DNA of 64,000 nt, taken from NCBI GenBank assembly GCA_014237145.1, contig JAAXOC010000089.1:6324-70323 (forward strand). The letters are read 5' to 3'. The DNA is from ANME-2 cluster archaeon. Lineage in GTDB: Archaea > Halobacteriota > Methanosarcinia > Methanosarcinales > Methanocomedenaceae. The notes below the pieces were generated by a model. The model searched no databases, was not told the origin of the DNA, and worked only from the letters and a program-made list of their open reading frames with translations. The translations under genes were made by a program, and so were the position numbers. Shown in pieces: positions 56,806-64,000 of this stretch; position 1 is the stretch's first letter; each line of letters begins with the position of its first letter.

Positions 56806-58350
56806 ATGACAACAAAGCAGCAAAAAACAGATGATATAAGTGTAGGTTTTCTCTCGTATGAATTTCCACCAAAAATTTTTGGAGGAGTTGGGGTACATGT
56901 GACCGAACTGGCAAGACATCTTGCAGAGAGTATCCGGCAAGTGCATGTGTTCACATCACATGTGGAAGGATTGGACTGCCAGAAAGCAGGAAGTGTGTTT
57001 GTGCACAGGTCATCTAAACCTTTAGTACCTGTATCGGACCGTTCCTATAATATGTTTGAAAGGATATTGAACAATTTCAATGTGGCCGGGATGATGGATA
57101 AACATCCTTTAAATAATAATAAACTTGACCTGCTGAATTCACAAGAAGAATTGGTCCGGATGGCTGCAACAGAAGCTAAAAATGACACCGGACTGCTTCC
57201 AGTGGTGACTTCGCACAATACCGATGTTAACAAGCTCAAACCAGACCGGCTGGGCGTTGTTATGGGGCAGAATGTGGTGGATAAGGTGGGCAGGTTCACT
57301 GCAGTATCGAAATACATGCGAACGGAACTTGACCAGACCTTTGGTATTGCGTCACATGTTGAAGGATTGGATGGCCAGAAGGCAGGAAGTGTGTATGTTT
57401 CAAAGTCATCTAAACCTTTATTACCTGCATCGAACTATTCAAGTAAGGATTTTGAAAGGGTCATGACAAATTTCAATGTAGCCGGAATGGTGGAGAAACA
57501 TCTTTCCAGTGCAGGACTTGACCTGCTGCATTCACATGGAGGATTGATCCAGCTGGCTGCAACAGAAGCTAAAAATGACACAGGACTACCCCTGGTGATG
57601 ACAGCTCACAGTACCGAGATCAACAGGCTCAGGCCAGATCGGCTGAGTGTTGTTATGGAGCATAATGTGGTGGATAAAGTGGACAGGTTCATTGCAGTAT
57701 CAGGATATATGCGAAGGGAACTTAACCAGACATTTGGTATCAATTACAACAAGATCACTGTCATACCAAACGGCGTGGATACTGCGATCTTCAAACACCA
57801 GAAAGCGGATGATATCCGCAGGAAATACCAGCTTGATAACAGGTTTGTCGTGCTCTTCGTCGGCAGGGATGACCCGCAAAAGGGTGTGAAGTACCTGGTC
57901 AATGCCGTGAAGAATCTTGCTAAGCAGATACCTGAGATCATGCTTGTCATGGTCGGCCATCAGGATATTTATAATGATAAAAATATCCTCTGCCTCCCGC
58001 GTGTTAGCAGGAGCGAACTCGTCAAGTTACATTCCCTTTCCGATGTGTTCGTGCTGCCCAGTGTCTATGAGCCGTTCGGTATTGTCCTCCTGGAGGCCAT
58101 GGCATGTGAAACCCCGTGTATTGGAATCCGGACTGGCGGGATGCCTGATATCATAGACCATGACAGGACAGGGCTTCTGGTGGAGCCGAGGAGTGATGAG
58201 GGTATTTCAGAGGCGATCGCCAGGTTATACCACGACCCTGAAAAGCGGTACAGAATGGGTAAAAAAGGAAGGGACAAGGTAATCTCAGACTTTAGCTGGA
58301 AGGATATTTCGGATAAGACCATTAAAGTATACCAGCAGGTACTGCATTAG
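56806..58350 (+). CDS. GT4-family glycosyltransferase with an internally duplicated N-terminal domain segment
   Basis: 514 aa. The N-terminus has FPPKIFGGVGVHV, and the C-terminal domain has the EX7E region VLPSVYEPFGIVLLEAMAC. Residues about 51-182 and 183-312 are a tandem duplicate. Confidence 0.85.
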   Translation: MTTKQQKTDDISVGFLSYEFPPKIFGGVGVHVTELARHLAESIRQVHVFTSHVEGLDCQKAGSVFVHRSSKPLVPVSDRSYNMFERILNNFNVAGMMDKHPLNNNKLDLLNSQEELVRMAATEAKNDTGLLPVVTSHNTDVNKLKPDRLGVVMGQNVVDKVGRFTAVSKYMRTELDQTFGIASHVEGLDGQKAGSVYVSKSSKPLLPASNYSSKDFERVMTNFNVAGMVEKHLSSAGLDLLHSHGGLIQLAATEAKNDTGLPLVMTAHSTEINRLRPDRLSVVMEHNVVDKVDRFIAVSGYMRRELNQTFGINYNKITVIPNGVDTAIFKHQKADDIRRKYQLDNRFVVLFVGRDDPQKGVKYLVNAVKNLAKQIPEIMLVMVGHQDIYNDKNILCLPRVSRSELVKLHSLSDVFVLPSVYEPFGIVLLEAMACETPCIGIRTGGMPDIIDHDRTGLLVEPRSDEGISEAIARLYHDPEKRYRMGKKGRDKVISDFSWKDISDKTIKVYQQVLH

Positions 58351-58515
58351 AGCTCTTCGTTCCAGATTTTTCAATCTATAGGAAAATATATACTTTCTTG
58401 AGGAAGGTCTGGTGAAATCGTAATATGGTTTTGGGATTGTACTGTTTACGACGTTTCTGGAAAGGTATTTCAATAGTGATCCACATATATTTCATTGATA
58501 ATATGAATTATCGGA

Positions 58516-58932
58516 GTGAAAATTATGGAATATCTTGGCATAACAATCACAGCTGATTCCACCAGTAAGGAGATCGTACCAATTGCAAAGGCAATCCATG
58601 AATTGTTGGGACTTCCCATCACCATGCGTACACTGAACAACCTGGGTGTGAGGATTGAAAAAGGTAAAGTACTGGACTATAAATATACCGGACCTACTCT
58701 GGAAAAGGCACTTGAGACCAACTCAACCATCAGGTCTATTCCAAAGACAGGAGATTATTCCAGCATACCTGTAGTGGTGACCACTATTAAAAATGAAGAC
58801 GGATATGGAATTGCTGCTATAGGAATTGTGGATGTGGTCGGTACTGTTGACCTGGGAGTAGCTTTTGGAAATTATCCTGAGATAGTAAACCAGGTAAGTG
58901 ATATCCTGAAATCCAGGGTAATCACACCTTAA
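58516..58932 (+). CDS. Hypothetical conserved small protein
   Basis: 138 aa. No motif I can name with confidence. Confidence 0.4.
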   Translation: MKIMEYLGITITADSTSKEIVPIAKAIHELLGLPITMRTLNNLGVRIEKGKVLDYKYTGPTLEKALETNSTIRSIPKTGDYSSIPVVVTTIKNEDGYGIAAIGIVDVVGTVDLGVAFGNYPEIVNQVSDILKSRVITP

Positions 58933-58949
58933 TACAGAGGGCAGTTATT

Positions 58950-59486
58950 CTATAGTTCCCATCTGTTATCTACAGGGAATTGTTCATTTATCCACATCAA
59001 GACACGCCCGCCGTGTATGATATAATATTCCCTGGACAGCACTGGGACGTCATTGAATATTCCCCCTCCCTTTTTCATTCCGATATTGAGGATATCCCTT
59101 CTGGTCTCTAACTTGTGTTTCCTCAATATCCGCCCTATTGGGATGTCGGCCCGTATCAGGTCAGCTTTCATGCCAGGAGGTATCAGGTCTATAGGGGCAA
59201 GTGAGCGGGCGAACACATAGGACATTCCCGAAACCTTAAGCACGACCTCCCTGTGGTTCACAGGGTCATTTTGCCTGATGTCCAGCAGTTCTGCCTCTGC
59301 TTCGGTGGCCTCTCCCACTTCCTGGATCCGGGTCACAACATCTACCTGCTGCTTTGTCATGACTTCCAGCAGGTATGTAACCGACCCGTCTGTTCCTGCA
59401 CATATTCGTAGGGTGGTTGGGATATCAAGGGTTGTTAGCTTGTCCAGGGGTCCGGGTTCCATCCTCACACCTGAATTATGAAACAA
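58950..59486 (-). CDS. Chorismate-lyase-like (UbiC/DUF98 fold) protein
   Basis: 178 aa. The GTDGSVTYLLEVM segment is typical of the chorismate pyruvate-lyase-like family. The start may be an internal Met at 59462. Confidence 0.5.
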   Translation of the reverse strand: MFHNSGVRMEPGPLDKLTTLDIPTTLRICAGTDGSVTYLLEVMTKQQVDVVTRIQEVGEATEAEAELLDIRQNDPVNHREVVLKVSGMSYVFARSLAPIDLIPPGMKADLIRADIPIGRILRKHKLETRRDILNIGMKKGGGIFNDVPVLSREYYIIHGGRVLMWINEQFPVDNRWEL

Positions 59487-59756
59487 TTATTCCCGGACTT
59501 CTTTTTTCGCCATGTTTCGCCGCTGTTTTGAAGTATAGCCGGTGGCATTATTCAGGAATTCCCTGAATCTCCTGTTGGTATCGAGTATTTCCTCGTCAGG
59601 GACGTTCGGGTTAGGCGTTGTGTCCACTCTTAACTTTTTATCTATAATACTGGCCTCAACACGCTGAAGTGCGCCGTAACTGACGATGAGTTTTCCATCC
59701 TCTTCGGTCACCGGAACCTGGAAACTGTCCTGCAATACTTCTTTTATGCGGTCCAT
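59487..59756 (-). CDS. Hypothetical small protein
   Basis: 89 aa. Abuts the downstream gene with no gap. Confidence 0.4.
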   Translation of the reverse strand: MDRIKEVLQDSFQVPVTEEDGKLIVSYGALQRVEASIIDKKLRVDTTPNPNVPDEEILDTNRRFREFLNNATGYTSKQRRNMAKKEVRE

Positions 59757-59899
59757 TTCAGGCTTGAATCCTCGCTTTAACTTGTATTCCTGAATTTATA
59801 TCACCTTTATGTGTCTGTTAATTGCATAGTGATAAAATACTTTGCATTTTTTCGTAGTGTGCCAGAATAACAAGATTTTAGAAGGAATGCCTGAAACAT

Positions 59900-60223
59900 T
59901 TAATGTGCTCCACCACTAAGATTTAACCCAATTACTCCAATTATTATCAGTCCAAGTGATATTATTTTCAGTGCAGTTACCGGTTCCTTGAACCACAATA
60001 TTCCCACAGTTACGATAAGTGCAGTTCCTATGCCTGCCCATATTGCATAAGCAACACTTACATCGATCTTTTTCAGGGCAAATGTCAATGAACCAAGGCT
60101 AAGCAAATAGAAGATGATCATTAATATTGACGGAACTGCTTTAGTGAAACCATAGGATAATTTCATGCATGTGGTGCCAGCCACTTCAAAAATTATTGCT
60201 ATAATCAAATAGAATAGACTCAA
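59900..60223 (-). CDS. Small multidrug resistance (SMR/EmrE-like) transporter
   Basis: 107 aa, four TM segments, and the membrane-embedded Glu in IIFEVAGTTCMKLS. Confidence 0.85.
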   Translation of the reverse strand: MSLFYLIIAIIFEVAGTTCMKLSYGFTKAVPSILMIIFYLLSLGSLTFALKKIDVSVAYAIWAGIGTALIVTVGILWFKEPVTALKIISLGLIIIGVIGLNLSGGAH

Positions 60224-60257
60224 AAAATCACTCCTGTGATTTTACACAATAATATCA

Positions 60258-60665
60258 TCATTCCAATTCCAGCCGCTTCGCCAACTCGGCCAAACTCGTA
60301 CAAAGCACGACAGACCTCTCGATCATCAAGTTCACTACCCCCTCAATACCAAGCGTCCTGAAATCTGTCCGCAGCCCGTACACAGGCTTACCCAGGGCAT
60401 GGGCATATCCTATCTCCCACGCCGTGCCCGAATCCACATCCACACCGTCAAGCACTGCTACCAGTATGTCAGCCTCATCAATGGCGGCCACGTTCTTGCT
60501 AAATATGGACTCCTGTCTGGCATCCAGTTCGGAATCAATCTCGTTTGAGTGCTCCTGGGGCAGGAAGACACCCATACCTATTCTTTCCAGCTCATCTCTT
60601 AGCCTGCTATTAAAATCGCATTCAGCCTCTGAAAAAAGCGGTGCTGCAAGGTATACATTTCTCAT
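60258..60665 (-). CDS. Nucleoside 2-deoxyribosyltransferase-like protein
   Basis: I prefer the start at MRNVYLAAPLFS. DSGTAWEIGYAHALGKPVYG is the family core. Confidence 0.7.
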   Translation of the reverse strand: MRNVYLAAPLFSEAECDFNSRLRDELERIGMGVFLPQEHSNEIDSELDARQESIFSKNVAAIDEADILVAVLDGVDVDSGTAWEIGYAHALGKPVYGLRTDFRTLGIEGVVNLMIERSVVLCTSLAELAKRLELE

Positions 60666-60882
60666 GAGATCTAAATGGTCGCTAAAGGCAAATAAGTTTT
60701 CTAAAAGGAATTGAATCGAATCATTTTCAATATCTAAGTCTATCCTGCCTTTCAACAATGTAGTAAAAAACAAAAAAAATCCGCCTGGTCCCATCCCGGA
60801 TGAACGCTGATACTGCATACGAAATCTGCGTTCATCTGTAGTTCGTTATAATTCAAAAGACCAGAAGAAATTAAAAAATCTC

Positions 60883-63648
60883 TTATTTCGCCAGGCTTTC
60901 CCTTAGCACTTCCAGCCCGCGCTCCAGTGCCTCTTCGATCTTCCTCGCATCAGGACCCCCGCCCTGTGCCAGTTCAGTCCTGCCGCCGCCGCCGCCGCCA
61001 ACGACCTTTGACATTTCCCTGACAAGGTCACCTGAGTTTGCACCATTTTCCAGTGCTTTATCACCGGCTGCCGCTACAATCTTTGCCCCGCCCAGCTCGC
61101 TGGCCAGCAGTGCAACTACATCGGATTCTTTAGTGAACTTAGCTGCCGCTTTTACCAGCTCTTCGATATCGGCACCGGGCAGGGTACGGGCTATAACCCT
61201 GAATCCGCCAATGTCCACTGCATCTGAAATCAACGAACCCACTCTTGCCGAGGCCAGGTCTTCCTTCAGCCTGGCGTTCTCCTTTTTGAACTCCTTCCAT
61301 TCATTGAAGAACCTGGCAGTGGTCTCAGGCAGGTGTTCAGGTGCAACCTTCAATTCATCGGCGCTCAGCCACAGCAGGTCGTCCAGTTCCTGCCAGCGCT
61401 TTACTGCCGCCTCGCCTGCCGCATACTCCAGCCGTTCCACGCCGTCCTGTATCCGCTCTGCCTTTAGTATCTTAATAGGACCAATAAGCCCGGTATTGCT
61501 AACATGGGTGCCGCCGCACGCCTCCACGTCATCCCCTACCCTGAGCACCCGAATCTGTTTACCTGGCGGCACACCGCCCTGGTACAGCACGAACCCGAAC
61601 TTCTGCTCGGCCTCGGTCCTGTCCATCCAGGTGGTCTCCACAGGGATGTTGGCCATCACTGTCTGGTTGGCTATAAGTTCGATCTCCTTGAGTTCTTCAT
61701 TGGTGATGCGTTTGAAATGGGACAGGTCCAGACGTGCCCGCTCAGCGCTCTTCTGGGCGCCAGTCTGCCAGATATGGTTGCCCAGCACCTTCTTGGCAGC
61801 ATCGTTCACTACATGGGTGGCAGTATGGTGGCGCATATGTGCCAGACGTCTCTTTCTATCCACAGCCCCGTCCACAGTATCCCCTGGTTCCAGGTCGATC
61901 ATATCCTCGAAAATAGTATGAAAAATCACGCCCTGCTCGATCTGGACATCCACTACTTGGTAGGTGGAATTCCCTTTGGTGATGATACCGTGGTCATGAG
62001 GCTGCCCACCGCCCTCAGGATAGAACTGGGTCCTGTCAAGTATGACATTGCCGTCAATAACTGCCACGACCTTTGCCTGGAATTCAAGCTCTTCAGGCAG
62101 GTCATAATACGACTTCTCTGTATCAGGCAGGTTTTCTATACCGGGAATAACTTGTTCAACCTCTTCCTTATCCTCTGCTTTGCTGTGGCTTTCAGCCACA
62201 AGTGAGTAGAATGTATCTGGCAGGTCTATCCTCAGGCCGATCTCTTCTGCCACATCTGCCGTGATCTCAGGAGATATGCCGTGGGTGTCATACATCTGGA
62301 TGATCTCACCTAGTGGGAATTCCTCGCCCTTATCCATATAATGTCGTGCGCTCTTTGCAACCAGACGCCGTCCACGCTCCAGGGTATCGGCATACTTGTC
62401 TTCCTCTCTGTCAAGTATCTCTACAATAGTTTTTAGACGTTCACTGAACTCAGGATACTCGGGCAGCTTGTCTATCTGCATGGTAACGATGTCTGATAGT
62501 AGTACATCCATGCCTGCCTCAGCCATAAGCCGCAGGGTCCGGCGCAGTACCAGCCGTGCCAGGTATCCTGCCTTTACATTGGATGGGATGATACCATCCC
62601 CGAACATAAATGCCAGGCACCTGCTGTGGTCAGCGATGGCGTATACCCTTTCCACAGGTTCCATAATAGCCTGCAGTTCTTCAACCGGAATGCCGATCTC
62701 GGCCGCCACTTTCTTGCGCAGTTCCATGAGGTTGGCCTGTCCTGTGATATCCATCAACCCGGCAAGCTTTGCGTTTTTGGCCAGGATATTGGCATATTCG
62801 GGGTCGTCCAGTCTGTGCTCTACACCTGCAAGGTCCATTAGTTCACTGACTACCTCCGGGAACACAGCATCATAGATGGTGGGCGAACCCTTGCTGGCCC
62901 ATACGAATCTCTCAAGACCGTAACCCGTGTCCACGATGTAATTGTCCATCTTTACATATGGGTCTCCCTTGATCATTATATCCCCGCCTTTTTTCTGCTG
63001 CAGGTCCATGAACACCAGTGTGGCTACCTCAAGCCCGGCCACCAGCACTTCTACACAGGGCCCGGCATTACCGCCACCGGCCCATGGTTCTTCTTTATAG
63101 GTCACGGCATTGGGGTCTGTGCCCAGGTCATTTAGCAGGGCATCACAATATTCTACTGTCTCGTTCTTCCAGTAGATCTCTTTTTGTGGATTATTAAAAG
63201 CATGATGCGCCATCATCTCGAAGTTTGTGAGATGGCGGCCGCTGCGTCCTACTGAATCAAGGTCAGGTAAGCGGATGCACGGCTGGCTGATGGTAAGGGG
63301 ATTGGCTGGAGGTGGTACCATTCCAGAGGTGACGAACGGCTGGAAATCGGCAATACTTGCAATGGTGAGGTAGATATCGTCCCGCCACCTGGCAATAACA
63401 GGGTACCTGTCCACCCTTGTATGGTTGTGCTCCTCGAAGAAGGAGAGGAACTTCTCCCTCATCTGTGAGAGGTCGTACTGCTTTGTGAAGACCGGGCTGC
63501 CTATGAATGAGTACGGATCACATGGTGCGTCTCCGCATGTTATTCTGTCCGGGTCCCGTGTCCAGTAGGCACTGCCGCATTTTGAGCAGGTTTTTCTCTC
63601 AAATCCGTTCTCAAAGAAATAACTCAGTTGGTATTCGTCCTCAAGCAT
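60883..63648 (-). CDS. alaS: Alanyl-tRNA synthetase, archaeal type
   Basis: 921 aa. N-terminal zinc-like CSKCGSAYW...CGDAPC, editing-domain HMRHHTATH and ACGGTHV. Confidence 0.95.
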   Translation of the reverse strand: MLEDEYQLSYFFENGFERKTCSKCGSAYWTRDPDRITCGDAPCDPYSFIGSPVFTKQYDLSQMREKFLSFFEEHNHTRVDRYPVIARWRDDIYLTIASIADFQPFVTSGMVPPPANPLTISQPCIRLPDLDSVGRSGRHLTNFEMMAHHAFNNPQKEIYWKNETVEYCDALLNDLGTDPNAVTYKEEPWAGGGNAGPCVEVLVAGLEVATLVFMDLQQKKGGDIMIKGDPYVKMDNYIVDTGYGLERFVWASKGSPTIYDAVFPEVVSELMDLAGVEHRLDDPEYANILAKNAKLAGLMDITGQANLMELRKKVAAEIGIPVEELQAIMEPVERVYAIADHSRCLAFMFGDGIIPSNVKAGYLARLVLRRTLRLMAEAGMDVLLSDIVTMQIDKLPEYPEFSERLKTIVEILDREEDKYADTLERGRRLVAKSARHYMDKGEEFPLGEIIQMYDTHGISPEITADVAEEIGLRIDLPDTFYSLVAESHSKAEDKEEVEQVIPGIENLPDTEKSYYDLPEELEFQAKVVAVIDGNVILDRTQFYPEGGGQPHDHGIITKGNSTYQVVDVQIEQGVIFHTIFEDMIDLEPGDTVDGAVDRKRRLAHMRHHTATHVVNDAAKKVLGNHIWQTGAQKSAERARLDLSHFKRITNEELKEIELIANQTVMANIPVETTWMDRTEAEQKFGFVLYQGGVPPGKQIRVLRVGDDVEACGGTHVSNTGLIGPIKILKAERIQDGVERLEYAAGEAAVKRWQELDDLLWLSADELKVAPEHLPETTARFFNEWKEFKKENARLKEDLASARVGSLISDAVDIGGFRVIARTLPGADIEELVKAAAKFTKESDVVALLASELGGAKIVAAAGDKALENGANSGDLVREMSKVVGGGGGGRTELAQGGGPDARKIEEALERGLEVLRESLAK

Positions 63649-63958
63649 AGTATTCCCTGTATTTGTGATATTGGGTTTTAATGGTCTTTATACTGAAAAG
63701 GTTTGTGCAGGAAGACCATACCAGGATGTTTTAATTATTGTTTTTATGGCATCTGCATTTTCCCGGGTGGACGGGGTGTGGTTATTCAAGCAGTGGGATC
63801 GCGGTTTGGTGCAGTATAGGTGAGCTGGGTTTTGTTTGCATCTTTTTTTGGGGATATGTGATAATTTCCGCAGGTTTTATCGTTTATGCCGCAGTAAATA
63901 ACTTATTCTTCATAATCCAAACAATTTAATTAATTGATACAACATATCGGGATAAAAA

Positions 63959-64000
63959 ATGTCAGAATCAGAAATAAATATACAAAACGTAGTTGCATCG
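63959..64000 (+). CDS. tbp: Probable start of TATA-box-binding protein (5' fragment only)
   Basis: MSESEINIQNVVAS. The I.NVVAS segment is the characteristic first strand of archaeal TBP. Only 14 codons are visible. Confidence 0.5.
   Translation, partial: MSESEINIQNVVAS

Noticed and set aside
61133-62875. Plus-strand ORFs inside alaS (61133..61921, 61504..62205, 62396..62875)
   Set aside because: They are antisense to a 921-aa alanyl-tRNA synthetase with all expected motifs, so they are shadow ORFs.
1-64000. Search for rRNA, tRNA and CRISPR features across all intergenic regions
   Set aside because: I saw no T-loop or acceptor-stem patterns, no rRNA-like conserved blocks and no repeat-spacer arrays. 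A tRNA or rRNA covariance-model scan would be the definitive check.

Overview
This is a 64-kb chromosomal segment from a methanogen- or methanotroph-related euryarchaeon, probably Methanosarcinales-like. That assignment is an inference from gene content: MfnB, aconitase-type HacA/LeuC, type II archaeal GAPDH, RadB with DUF2240, DacZ, archaeal AlaRS and HisRS, a TBP start at the right edge, AOR and cupin-type PGI. I found no rRNA, tRNA or CRISPR array.

Housekeeping genes are interrupted by several accessory or rearranged patches:
- **Lipoate-assembly-like cluster (about 6.6-14.2 kb).** It has a split LplA/LplB ligase, two tandem GcvH-like carriers, a cytoplasmic M23-like protein and three non-LipA radical SAM enzymes. 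No lipoate-dependent enzyme is nearby. The cluster is split by an AT-rich MazF cassette and ends in lplA and hacA gene remnants.
- **AT-rich island (14.6-16.7 kb).** Four genes of unknown function.
- **Tightly packed operon (18.4-21.5 kb).** It encodes two paralogous unknown proteins, a coiled-coil protein with four PASTA-like repeats and helix-hairpin-helix repeats, and a small protein.
- **Tandem array (56.0-56.7 kb).** A 14-bp unit repeated 49 times (48 identical, one mismatch in the last) lies between divergent GH15 and GT4 genes. The GT4 gene itself carries an in-frame tandem duplication of about 393 bp.
- **Scattered elements.** Toxin-antitoxin genes and their remnants (MNT/HEPN, Fic, RelE-like stubs), a MITE-like element and several word-repeat hairpins.

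All functional calls rest on motifs read in the supplied translations. No database search was run.
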